From assembly GCA_964544585.1 (NCBI GenBank), contig CAZJBV010000002.1:3468-67467 (forward strand): a stretch of DNA of 64,000 bases. The letters are read 5' to 3'. Numbering within the stretch: the first letter of the stretch is position 1; each line of letters begins with the position of its first letter. The translations under genes were made by a program, and so were the position numbers. Positions 38,151 through 47,845 of this stretch are shown piece by piece. The notes beneath the pieces were generated by a model. The model saw only the letters and a program-made list of their open reading frames with translations, was not told the DNA's origin and made no database searches. The DNA comes from an uncultured Gammaproteobacteria bacterium (GTDB lineage: Bacteria; Patescibacteriota; Microgenomatia; 2-02-FULL-39-11).

Positions 38151-39078
38151 AAGATTTTGGACCAATAAAAAAGTTCTTATTACCGGTGGCGCTGGATTTC
38201 TTGGTACTCACGTCACCAGATTAGTAAAAGACCTTGGGGGAAATGTCTTTGTCCCCAGATCGAAAGAATATGATTTGAGAAACGAATATCTGTGCCGGAA
38301 AGTTGTTAAAGGAAAAGATATAGTTATCCATCTTGCCGCAAAAGTAGGTGGTATTGGATTTAATATGGCACATCCTGCTGAAATGTTTTATGACAATATT
38401 TTGATGGGGGTTCATCTTATAGAAGAAGCTCGAAAGGCAAAAGTAAAAAAATTCGTCTTACTCGGAACAATTTGTGCATACCCCAAATTCACGCCCGTTC
38501 CCTTTAATGAAGATAATCTCTGGAATGGATATCCAGAAGAAACCAATGCTCCATATGGATTAGCCAAAAAAGCTCTTCTCGTCCAAGCTCAAAGCTATAA
38601 AAGTCAATATAATTTTAATATTATCTATTTGCTCCCAGTCAATTTATACGGCCCGGGAGACAAATTTGATCCCAAAGTTTCTCACGTGATACCAGCAATG
38701 GTACGAAAAACTATTGAGGCAATTGAGAAAAAAAAGAAAGAACTAATTCTTTGGGGAACAGGTCGGGCTACCAGAGAATTTCTTTATGTTGAAGACGCTG
38801 CCAAAGGTATAATCCTTGCCACTGAAAAATATAATAAAACCTATCCGGTAAACTTGGGTTCAGGGAAAGAAATCTCTATTCGAGAGCTAGCAGAGATGAT
38901 CACTCAAATATTAGGATTCAAAGGAAATATTATCTGGGATACGACAAAACCAGATGGTCAACCGAGAAGAAAATTGGATACCAGCCGGGCCCAGAAAGAA
39001 TTTGGATTTATAGCCACAACTAAATTCAAAACAGGGCTCAAAAAAACAATCGATTGGTATTTAAAAAATAAGAAGTAA
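38143..39078 (+). CDS. fcl: GDP-L-fucose synthase (GDP-4-keto-6-deoxy-D-mannose 3,5-epimerase/4-reductase)
   Basis: KVLITGGAGFLG.H; ..IHLAAKVGGI..N...PAEMFYDNI.M...LIE.A....VKKFV.LGT.C.YPKF...PF.E..L..G..E.TN.PYG.AK.A.....QSY..QY.FN.IYL.P.NLYGP.D.F....SHVIPA. Start moved to the ATG at 38143, which overlaps the previous stop. The ORF track starts at 38086. Confidence 0.75.
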   Translation: MDKRFWTNKKVLITGGAGFLGTHVTRLVKDLGGNVFVPRSKEYDLRNEYLCRKVVKGKDIVIHLAAKVGGIGFNMAHPAEMFYDNILMGVHLIEEARKAKVKKFVLLGTICAYPKFTPVPFNEDNLWNGYPEETNAPYGLAKKALLVQAQSYKSQYNFNIIYLLPVNLYGPGDKFDPKVSHVIPAMVRKTIEAIEKKKKELILWGTGRATREFLYVEDAAKGIILATEKYNKTYPVNLGSGKEISIRELAEMITQILGFKGNIIWDTTKPDGQPRRKLDTSRAQKEFGFIATTKFKTGLKKTIDWYLKNKK

Positions 39079-40766
39079 TGATAGTTTTAGGTATACATGA
39101 TGGTCATAATGCCGGCGCAGCCTTATTAAAAGACGGAATAGTTTTGGCAGCCATCTCCGAAGAGCGATTAAACAATATTAAAAATTACTCTGGTTCTCCG
39201 CTTCTTGCCATCCAAAAAGTATACGAAATTGCTAAATTAAAACCCCAGGACACAAACCATATTGCTATTGGTTGTCTTGTCAGAGTGGGTCCTCCCTATG
39301 CCGATATCAACCCCCTTGCCCATCTACAAGTCAAAATAGCTCCCTACATTCACTCCCATCTCTTTGCCAAAACTTATGTCAAAATTCTTCATCAATTTCG
39401 CCAAACCAATAGTCTGATCAAATTTTTTAAACAAAGCGGACTCTCCCATATTCCCATCCAATTTGTCGAGCATCATTTGACGCACGCAGCTTGTGCTTAC
39501 TACCAGCGTCCTTGGAAGGATGAAACCCTTATCTTGACCCTTGACGGTTCCGGCGATGGCCTTTGTGCAACAGTATCAGTTGGACGCGGAACCACCATCC
39601 AAAGAATAGCCGAAACCACTTTTTACGACAGCCCTTCCAACAATCTTTATAGCGAAATCACCGGATTCTTAGGCATGAAAAGGTGGGAGCATGAGTATAA
39701 AGTCATGGGCCTTGCTCCTTATGGAAAAGATGACGGATTGATTGACGAGTTTAAAGGAGTAATCCGCATAAATCCTCATAAACCCTTAGAATTTCAAAAT
39801 ACTTACAATGCCTATCTTTACGACGTCACCAAAAAATTGCAAAAAGTATTAGTAGGTAGACGCTTTGACAATATTGCTTGGGCGACCCAGACCTATTTTG
39901 AAGAATTAGTCACAAATTGGGTCAAAAATAGCATTAAAGAAATTGGAGTTCATAAAGTAGTTCTATCCGGAGGTTCTTTCCTAAATGTCAAAACAAACAA
40001 AAAAATTCGCGAGCTTTCAGAAGTTAGGGATGCATTTTTTTATCCAGCAGCAGACGATGGCGGAACACCAGTTGGCGCAGCATTTATTGGTTATATCAGA
40101 GCATGCGTTCAAAAGAGGCTAAAACCTAATCTCTATCCCTTACAAGATTTATACTACGGCAAAAAATGGCACGATAGGGAAATAGAAGAGATAATAACTC
40201 GTACCAAATGGAAAAATAAAGCAGCGTATTTTAAGCAGGGGATCGAAGAACAAATATCACAACTCCTATTAAAAGGAAAAATAATTGCCAGATTTTCGGG
40301 AAGAGACGAGTGGGGTCCCAGAGCACTGGGTAATAGAAGCATACTCGCCGATCCCCGAGATCTAAAAGTCATTCAAAAACTTAATTTTGCCATCAAACAA
40401 CGAGACTTCTGGATGCCTTTTGCCCCTTCCATCCTTAAAAGTGATATAAGAAAATATCTAAAAAACGGTCGATTTTCTCCTTACATGATAGAAGCGTTCG
40501 ATACCACAAAGAATGCTGAGGAAATTATTGCCACTCTCCATCCTTTTGATAAAACGGCAAGGCCCCAAGTCATAAATAGCTGGAACCCCCAATACCAAAA
40601 AATAATCCAAGAATTCAAACGAAAAACCGGAGTGGGGGGGATCCTCAACACCTCATTTAATTTGCACGGATTTCCCATAGTCGGTACGCCAGAAATAGCT
40701 CTTAACACATTTAAAAATTCTGGATTGGACGTATTAGTCTTAGAAAATTGGCTAATCGAAAAATGA
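39078..40766 (+). CDS. Carbamoyltransferase, NodU/CmcH (HypF-like) family
   Basis: MIVLGIHDGHNAGAALLKDG....AISEERL...K...G.P. N-terminus. 562 aa. Length and N-terminal Kae1-like fold signature are typical of O-carbamoyltransferases. Confidence 0.75.
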   Translation: MIVLGIHDGHNAGAALLKDGIVLAAISEERLNNIKNYSGSPLLAIQKVYEIAKLKPQDTNHIAIGCLVRVGPPYADINPLAHLQVKIAPYIHSHLFAKTYVKILHQFRQTNSLIKFFKQSGLSHIPIQFVEHHLTHAACAYYQRPWKDETLILTLDGSGDGLCATVSVGRGTTIQRIAETTFYDSPSNNLYSEITGFLGMKRWEHEYKVMGLAPYGKDDGLIDEFKGVIRINPHKPLEFQNTYNAYLYDVTKKLQKVLVGRRFDNIAWATQTYFEELVTNWVKNSIKEIGVHKVVLSGGSFLNVKTNKKIRELSEVRDAFFYPAADDGGTPVGAAFIGYIRACVQKRLKPNLYPLQDLYYGKKWHDREIEEIITRTKWKNKAAYFKQGIEEQISQLLLKGKIIARFSGRDEWGPRALGNRSILADPRDLKVIQKLNFAIKQRDFWMPFAPSILKSDIRKYLKNGRFSPYMIEAFDTTKNAEEIIATLHPFDKTARPQVINSWNPQYQKIIQEFKRKTGVGGILNTSFNLHGFPIVGTPEIALNTFKNSGLDVLVLENWLIEK

Positions 40767-41626
40767 AGAAGAGAATAATCCTCACTGGCGCGAGCGGCTA
40801 TATAGGCTCGCAATTTTTGAATCTTAAACCAAAAGAATTTGATATCACGGAAGTTACCCACGACAGGTTGGATATTACCGACAGTAGGCTAGTCCATGAT
40901 TTCTTTAGTAAAAACGATGCTCCGATAGTAGTTCATCTCGCGGCAAAAACGCATATAGACGCCTGTGAAACGGATCGACCGCTAAAAAATATAGGTCAAA
41001 CATGGAAAGTAAACATCCTCGGTACAAAAAATATTATCAAAGCATGCCTTGCATTTAATAAAAGACTTATATATCTTTCCACAGAATGCGTCTTTGACGG
41101 AAGGAAGCCTTTTTACACAGAAAAAGACAATCCACACCCCATCAACTGGTACGGAGAAACTAAAAAAATTGCCGAGGAAATGATTAAAAAAGACATGGAA
41201 AATTATGTTATCCTTCGTTCAGTATTAACATATGGTAACCCAAACAATAATAAAAATGATTTAATTAAAACATTCGCCAGAACATTACAGCAAGGCCGTA
41301 AACTCAAGGCCGTTACAGATCAAAGATTATCGATTACTTACATTGATGATCTTATAAACACGATTCACGCCGTAGTCAACAGCAACATGTCAGGAATTTA
41401 CCATTTCGCCGGCAGTGAAATTTTTACTCCTTTTGATATTGCCCAAATTGTCAAAAGAACTCTCCGCTTAACACATGGAGAAATAGTTCCCGTCACTTTA
41501 AAAGAGTTTTTTAATAATAGGAAGAAATTAAGACTAAGGAATGCCGTTCTTTCTTCGGCTAAAATAAGAGAAAATCTCAATGTAAAAACGACACCGCTCA
41601 AAACTGTACTCAATAGAATTCTTTAA
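40748..41626 (+). CDS. NAD(P)-dependent sugar reductase/epimerase, RmlD (dTDP-4-dehydrorhamnose reductase)-like
   Basis: ILTGASGYIGS...; YGETK..AEE. 292 aa without the dehydratase insertion. Confidence 0.55.
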   Translation: MANRKMKKRIILTGASGYIGSQFLNLKPKEFDITEVTHDRLDITDSRLVHDFFSKNDAPIVVHLAAKTHIDACETDRPLKNIGQTWKVNILGTKNIIKACLAFNKRLIYLSTECVFDGRKPFYTEKDNPHPINWYGETKKIAEEMIKKDMENYVILRSVLTYGNPNNNKNDLIKTFARTLQQGRKLKAVTDQRLSITYIDDLINTIHAVVNSNMSGIYHFAGSEIFTPFDIAQIVKRTLRLTHGEIVPVTLKEFFNNRKKLRLRNAVLSSAKIRENLNVKTTPLKTVLNRIL

Positions 41627-41641
41627 TAACATAAAAAATCC

Positions 41642-43078
41642 ATGAAATGGCTTGATAAACTTTTCCTTTTCTCCATTCTTCTCCTCTTTCTTTTTTTGAC
41701 AACACGCAATCTAAAAAAACCATTCTACGGAGCTCACGAATTTAATAGCATCATTTTCCAGGAGGCAGCCAAATCTTATGTTGATTATGGACTACTAAAG
41801 ACTAAACTGGCGCCAATGCCCAAAGCCCCTTTTGAAGATATGTCTCAAGCATATTACTACCTCAATCATCCTATCGGACTTCCTTTGCTTCTCTCATTTT
41901 TCCAAAAAATTTTAGGATTTGACCATTGGGTCGGACGGCTTCTCCCCATTATTTTTTCGTTTGGAAGCCTTATAGTTTACTACTATTTAGTAAAACAGAT
42001 AGAAAAAGGATTCGTCGCTTTCATATCCCTTTTTATTTTTGCCACACTCCCTATTTTTGTTTATTACTCACAAGTTATCGTTCATGAATCTCCCGTTTTA
42101 TTTTTTTACCTCTTAACCACATTTCTTTATTTTTCCAATCGCATCTATTTTCTTGGAAGCCTATTCCTTATGACCCAATTCGGTTGGCCCGGCTATTATT
42201 TCGGAATTATTTTAATCTTTTTGCAATTAATAAAATTCAAGACTATAACAAAATTAACTCTTCTTACCGCGGCAACAATGGCAACTTCCTTAATCATAAC
42301 TCTAACACATTTTATGATTGTCAAAGGTTCACTCTCTTTTCTATTTTCTCAATTTTTAGTCCGTGCAAACATTGTTGCCTTAAACGTCTCATTTCTTGTC
42401 TGGATGAATAAGATACTAAAACACGCTAATAATGGATTTAGCCAAATAGGCATTCTGATCTTCATCATCGCCTTAATATTCACTATCATAAAATGGAAAT
42501 CCCTCGCCAAAAAAGAAAAGGAATTCATTATTCTGCTCTTATTTCTTCCTTTGATCCATATAGCTTTATTTCCCCAAGGAGCGTTTATCCATGATTATTG
42601 GTTATTTTATTTTTCTCCCATATTAGCATACCTTTTCGCCAAAATTTTATATCTCTTTTGGCAGAAAAAAATAATTTTATTGATTATCCTAACCATAATT
42701 CTGACTTTACATACTTACTTAAGTTTCATTAAAATAAGAGACTATTTTACTTTTACTGAAATAACTTTCTATATTTCCTGGGAACAAGCTGAAATAATCA
42801 ATTCCTATATGAGGAAGCAAAAAATAAAAAAAGTTAGCTTATTGACACTGAAACCATCGTTAAATCCCGCCCTTAAATTTTATCTAAAATATCCTTTTTC
42901 TTTTGCTAAAATACCAAAAGATTTAAACAATATAAATATAAATAGAGACAGTGTAAATTTTCTTCTTCTTATAGAAACATTTCCCAGACAAATAGTTGAC
43001 TCAATATGTCAAAAATATAAATGCCAAGTTTTATTGGATAGGGATCTCAATCTTGTCGCCGTTTTGGGAGTTAAATGA
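41642..43078 (+). CDS. Polytopic membrane protein, hypothetical (GT-C-like candidate)
   Basis: 478 aa, about 12 predicted TM helices. No diagnostic motif recognised. Confidence 0.35.
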   Translation: MKWLDKLFLFSILLLFLFLTTRNLKKPFYGAHEFNSIIFQEAAKSYVDYGLLKTKLAPMPKAPFEDMSQAYYYLNHPIGLPLLLSFFQKILGFDHWVGRLLPIIFSFGSLIVYYYLVKQIEKGFVAFISLFIFATLPIFVYYSQVIVHESPVLFFYLLTTFLYFSNRIYFLGSLFLMTQFGWPGYYFGIILIFLQLIKFKTITKLTLLTAATMATSLIITLTHFMIVKGSLSFLFSQFLVRANIVALNVSFLVWMNKILKHANNGFSQIGILIFIIALIFTIIKWKSLAKKEKEFIILLLFLPLIHIALFPQGAFIHDYWLFYFSPILAYLFAKILYLFWQKKIILLIILTIILTLHTYLSFIKIRDYFTFTEITFYISWEQAEIINSYMRKQKIKKVSLLTLKPSLNPALKFYLKYPFSFAKIPKDLNNININRDSVNFLLLIETFPRQIVDSICQKYKCQVLLDRDLNLVAVLGVK

Positions 43079-44253
43079 AAATATTATACGTCATACCACA
43101 TTATTATCCGGCAACTGACTTTGGAGGACCCGTCGTGGCTCTTCATGAGTTGGGAAAAGAACTTCTATCTTTAGGACACGATATCACCGTCTATACAACC
43201 GATGTCTATACCAAGAAAAGACGCGTCACAACTGCCCAAAACATTATTGATGGTATAAAAATACACTATTTTCCCAACATTAGTAATACTTTAGCCTTTA
43301 TATATAATGGATATTTTGCCCCGAACTTCGCCAAAAACTATAAAGATTCGATTGACTCATTTGATCTAGTCCATATACACGAATTTTATTCAATTCTAAA
43401 TTTCCAAGCTGCATATTACGCCGCTAAATTTGGCATTCCCGTTGTCCTCTCGGCCCATGGCAGTTTTACCAAATCTTCTTTCCGCGGGAAAAATATACTG
43501 AAAAATATCTTCCTTTCTATTTTTGGAAACCAGATGTTAAATAAAGTAAATCACTTTATTGCCCTTTCGGATAGAGAATTTTATCAGTATAAAAAATTTG
43601 GCATAAAAGATAATCGTATATCAATAATACCCAACGGCGTCTCGCAAGTTTTAAAAGTAAAAAATAACCTTGGTGAAAAATTAATAACTAAATTAAGAAT
43701 CCCTAAAAACCATAAAATTATTCTTTTTGTCGGTCGACTTCATAAAGTAAAAAATTTAGAGCTTTTAATAGATGCTTTTATAGAAGTCCACAAAAAAGAT
43801 GAAAAAATAAAATTGATAATTGCCGGTCCAGATGCCGGAGAAGAAAAATATTTAAAAGAATATGCCAAAGGTCACGATAAATTCGATAGCACCATTTTTA
43901 CAGGCTTTGTCAATGAACAAGAAAAAGAAGCTCTTTATGAAATGGCAGACGTTTTTGCAATGACATCACATTTTGAAGGGCTTCCCACCGCCGCTCTTGA
44001 AGCATCATCCCATGGACTGCCACTTATATTGACTACATCATGTAGTATAAAAGAGATAATGGAATACTCTGCCGGTTTCATAGTCAAAGAAGATTCCAAA
44101 ATCATTGCTGATAAAATAGATTATCTTCTAAAAAGAGAAAAAACTAGAAAACTTATAGGCAGAAATGGTCAAAGAATGATAAAACAGAAGTTTTCCTGGA
44201 AAATAATAGTTTCAAAATACATTGATCTTTATAACTCTCTATTAAAAAAATGA
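43075..44253 (+). CDS. Family 4 glycosyltransferase (GT4)
   Basis: ..SHFEGLPTAALEASSHGLPLILTTSCS.. Confidence 0.8.
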   Translation: MKILYVIPHYYPATDFGGPVVALHELGKELLSLGHDITVYTTDVYTKKRRVTTAQNIIDGIKIHYFPNISNTLAFIYNGYFAPNFAKNYKDSIDSFDLVHIHEFYSILNFQAAYYAAKFGIPVVLSAHGSFTKSSFRGKNILKNIFLSIFGNQMLNKVNHFIALSDREFYQYKKFGIKDNRISIIPNGVSQVLKVKNNLGEKLITKLRIPKNHKIILFVGRLHKVKNLELLIDAFIEVHKKDEKIKLIIAGPDAGEEKYLKEYAKGHDKFDSTIFTGFVNEQEKEALYEMADVFAMTSHFEGLPTAALEASSHGLPLILTTSCSIKEIMEYSAGFIVKEDSKIIADKIDYLLKREKTRKLIGRNGQRMIKQKFSWKIIVSKYIDLYNSLLKK

Positions 44254-45710
44254 AATATATATTTATCATATTTGTAATATTATTCTCTTTTTTGCGAATC
44301 TCCAGTTTTTCTTCTGGTTATGCCTATTGGGGTGACGATTTTGCCCAATATATTCATCATGCTGTTAACCTCGCTAAAGGAATTAATTATTCCGACACCG
44401 GCTACATATTTAATCTCCAAAGTCCACTCATCGGACCCCAAGTTTATCCTCCCGGCTATCCGATTATCCTGTCTCCCCTTATATTTTTATTTGGACTTAA
44501 CTTCCTCAGCCTAAAAATTCTCAATGTCTTATTATTTGAGATTTTCATACTGATCATATTTTTTCTCACAAAAGAAGCTGCTAAAAACGAAATGCTTGCT
44601 CTATTTATTGCCCTATTTTTACAAACTTCCTCCTCATTTCTTTATCTCGAAACTTGGATCATGCCAGAATTTCTCCTTTTATTATGCGTCTATTTAATGC
44701 TTTTTTTAATTTACAAACTGCAAACGGATAAGTCCAAAAAATCTATCTCGTTGGAAATCTTGCTCTATTTTGTTGCCATACTTACCTCACTTACGCATCC
44801 AATAGGACTGTTGATAACAGGAGGATTGAGTCTCTATACGATTAGTGTGGCAAGGAAGAATTGGATAGTTGGAATCGGACTTTTAATAATCGCCATTCTA
44901 TCGATCATTCTCTACCAGAGGTTGGGAGTTATAGGCTATTACTCTGAAACAAACATCGGATTTAGCTTTTCTTCCCTAAAAGACACTTATTTGGAGAATG
45001 TAATCTATTATTTTCAAGAATTCCGTACTTTCTTAGGAACACCCTTTACAAAACATTTTTCTTTCCTCAATACCTTTTATTCCCTTTTATTTCCGATGAT
45101 TGCAGCTATCTATGCAATCCACTACCTCTTATATAATCGGCGAAGTAGTCTCATCAACCTTCTTTTATTTTTACTTCTCTTTCACACCCAAATTCTTTTC
45201 TTTTGGGATTTTCGCCAAGGGGTAAGATACCTTCTCCCCTCAATCCCCATCATTATCATCTTCTTTTTTCTTGGGATAGAAAAACTAACCAAATTTAAAA
45301 GAAAAATAGCCTTTTTAGGCGTTGCGGTTTTGATATTGCTACAGACACTTCAATCCCGTCATGTTTTAAAGCCAGAATATGATCTTTTTGCCGATAGCAA
45401 AAACCGCCAGTTCCTTTCTTATTTTGCCAAGTTTAATAGAAAAACCGTAGTCGTCTTTGAAAAACCTCGTCTCTTAAGCCTTATGACTCCGGTTTCTTCT
45501 TTGGCAATCGCCGATAGTCTAAAACCTAAAGAAAATCTGGAAATAATTAGAAAAAATAGGACCTGCTTTATTGTCTCTCACAAATTACCAAAAGACATAG
45601 GCGTAGAAAGAGCAATAACTTCTCTTGTCTCCAATACGTCTCTATTTACCAAAGTATTGGAAAATGATGATTTTATCATTTTTAAATTTAGAGACTGCCC
45701 GGAAGGATAG
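44250..45710 (+). CDS. Polytopic membrane protein (PMT_2/GT-C-like candidate)
   Basis: 486 aa, multi-TM. N-terminal ..YWGDDFAQYIHHAVNL..G box in the first loop. Confidence 0.35.
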   Translation: MKYIFIIFVILFSFLRISSFSSGYAYWGDDFAQYIHHAVNLAKGINYSDTGYIFNLQSPLIGPQVYPPGYPIILSPLIFLFGLNFLSLKILNVLLFEIFILIIFFLTKEAAKNEMLALFIALFLQTSSSFLYLETWIMPEFLLLLCVYLMLFLIYKLQTDKSKKSISLEILLYFVAILTSLTHPIGLLITGGLSLYTISVARKNWIVGIGLLIIAILSIILYQRLGVIGYYSETNIGFSFSSLKDTYLENVIYYFQEFRTFLGTPFTKHFSFLNTFYSLLFPMIAAIYAIHYLLYNRRSSLINLLLFLLLFHTQILFFWDFRQGVRYLLPSIPIIIIFFFLGIEKLTKFKRKIAFLGVAVLILLQTLQSRHVLKPEYDLFADSKNRQFLSYFAKFNRKTVVVFEKPRLLSLMTPVSSLAIADSLKPKENLEIIRKNRTCFIVSHKLPKDIGVERAITSLVSNTSLFTKVLENDDFIIFKFRDCPEG

Positions 45711-45816
45711 AACTTAGTTCAGAACCGATTTCGTAGCGAAAGACCATAGGTTCTCGCGAAATTGGTGAAAAGCGACGAAGGAGTATATGGCAATATACTT
45801 CTAGGAGCTTTGAACC

Positions 45817-45836
45817 CTGCCTGCCGGCAGGCAGGC
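45817..45836. repeat. Solo copy of the 20-bp palindrome core CCTGCCTGCCGGCAGGCAGG in the 188-bp intergenic region upstream of asnB
   Basis: Perfect palindrome read directly. No flanking outer inverted repeat. Confidence 0.85.
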
Positions 45837-45898
45837 AATTGCAGCAGAACATATGGACTTGCAGTAGAAATAAGGTTTTGAAATAAGTTCTAATAAAT

Positions 45899-47845
45899 AT
45901 GTGTGGCATCGCAGGATTATTTGATCTTTCAGGAAAAAATATTGATGGAAAACTACTCCACCGTATGGACACGGCCCTATCCCATAGAGGCCCAGACGGT
46001 CATGGAGAATATATAAACAAAAATGTAGGACTCTCAAATAGACGCCTGGCAATTATCGATCCCAGGCCCGAAGGCAATCAGCCTCTTGCATCCGCTGATG
46101 GAAATCTTGTCATCACTTTCAATGGTGAAATATTTAATTATAGCAATTTACGTAACGATTTAGAAAAATTAGGCTACACATTTAAAACAAAAACAGATAC
46201 GGAGACGATTCTTTTAGCATACCGACATTTTGGTAAATCTTGTGTCGAAAAATTACGGGGGCAATTCGCCTTTTGCATTTATGATAAAAAAAGGCAAGAA
46301 TTATTTCTGGCCCGTGATCAAATTGGCGTAAACCCTCTTTACTATACATTAGTCGGAAAAACGTTCTTTTTTGCTTCAGAATTAAAAGGTATTCTTGCGT
46401 CCACCCTCGTCAAGAAAGAGATAAACATCGAAGCACTTCACCATTTTCTTTCTATGTTTGTCATACCGCAACCATTAACCATTATAAAAGGAGTTTACAG
46501 TCTATTACCAGGCCATTTTATGAAAGTTACCCAAAAGGGGATATCAATACAAAAGTATTATTCTCTTCCGGTAGGAAACGTTGAATACAGTCACTTATCA
46601 TTTGATAATTTAAAAAATGAGTTAAAAAATAAGTTAATTTCCGCAGTTGAAAGAGCAAAAGTTGCCGATGTTCCCATCGGCGCATTTCTTTCCGGAGGAA
46701 TAGATTCTTCTCTTGTCGTCTCTCTTCTTGCCAAAACTACCAAAAAGCTCAAAACCTACAGTATATATACAGAAGGGGAAAGCTATTTCGATGAAAGGAA
46801 ATACGCCCAAAAAGTATCCCAAATGTACTCCACCAACCACCACGAATATACGGTCACTCAACCCGAGCTTGTAAAAGAATTTCCCCAAATAGTTTACTTT
46901 TTCGATCAACCCACAGGTGGCTCTCTTGAGACATACTTTGTTTCCAAATACGCAAGTCGCGATGTAAAAGTAGCTCTGTCAGGACTCGGAGGAGACGAAC
47001 TTTTTTCCGGCTACCACACCAATGTCTTAAATACGCTAAAATTTGCCGGCTTTTATAGGAAAATCCCCACCAAAATTCGCCAAACTTTAATTGACGTCTT
47101 AAAAGCTATCCCTTTAGAAAATCGTATGAAAAAAACTATTACAATTGCCGACAGTTTTCTAAGTCTTCCTACACCCCTCTCGCGACTACTTTTTCTCTAT
47201 TTTACCTTCTCCGAAAGAGAAAAGGATAAACTCTATTCAGCAAATTTTAAAAAAGAAGCAAGGAAATACAACACGGAAAATTACTTCAGCCAAATAGAAA
47301 GGGAAATTCCCACAAAAAATCCGGTTGACTTATTTTCATACATTGACCTCAATTCATATACCCGTGACGACCTACTCACTGGTATGAATATGTCAAGTAT
47401 GTCCCATTCTCTGGAATCACGAGTTCCTCTACTTGATGTAGATCTCCTAGATTTTGCCTCCCGTATTCCCCCAAAATATAAATACTTAAATGGTCAAGGA
47501 AAATATATCCTCAAAGAGACTGCCAGAGAGTATCTTCCAAATGAAATTATAGACAGGAAAAAAGTTGGCTTTGCCATTCCCAGAATTAATTACATGAAAG
47601 ACATGCTTTACCCCCATATTCAAAATGTCTTGCGACCAGAATCCATAAAAAAAAGGGGTTTATTTAGAAGTAAGTATGTCAATAAAATAGTTTCGGATTT
47701 TTATAACCAGTCAAAAGGCAGAATGCTTTGGAGTGAGCATCTCCGCGTCTGGAGTCTGTTTGTATTCGAATTATGGTGTCGACTTTATATAGATAGTAAA
47801 GAAATTAGAAAGCCAACCAGCTCACTAGAAGAATTATGCGCATAA
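45899..47845 (+). CDS. asnB: Asparagine synthetase B-type glutamine amidotransferase (likely sugar/uronate amidotransferase in this context)
   Basis: N-terminal MCGIAG (Ntn Cys2). AFLSGGIDSS PP-loop. 648 aa. Confidence 0.8.
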   Translation: MCGIAGLFDLSGKNIDGKLLHRMDTALSHRGPDGHGEYINKNVGLSNRRLAIIDPRPEGNQPLASADGNLVITFNGEIFNYSNLRNDLEKLGYTFKTKTDTETILLAYRHFGKSCVEKLRGQFAFCIYDKKRQELFLARDQIGVNPLYYTLVGKTFFFASELKGILASTLVKKEINIEALHHFLSMFVIPQPLTIIKGVYSLLPGHFMKVTQKGISIQKYYSLPVGNVEYSHLSFDNLKNELKNKLISAVERAKVADVPIGAFLSGGIDSSLVVSLLAKTTKKLKTYSIYTEGESYFDERKYAQKVSQMYSTNHHEYTVTQPELVKEFPQIVYFFDQPTGGSLETYFVSKYASRDVKVALSGLGGDELFSGYHTNVLNTLKFAGFYRKIPTKIRQTLIDVLKAIPLENRMKKTITIADSFLSLPTPLSRLLFLYFTFSEREKDKLYSANFKKEARKYNTENYFSQIEREIPTKNPVDLFSYIDLNSYTRDDLLTGMNMSSMSHSLESRVPLLDVDLLDFASRIPPKYKYLNGQGKYILKETAREYLPNEIIDRKKVGFAIPRINYMKDMLYPHIQNVLRPESIKKRGLFRSKYVNKIVSDFYNQSKGRMLWSEHLRVWSLFVFELWCRLYIDSKEIRKPTSSLEELCA

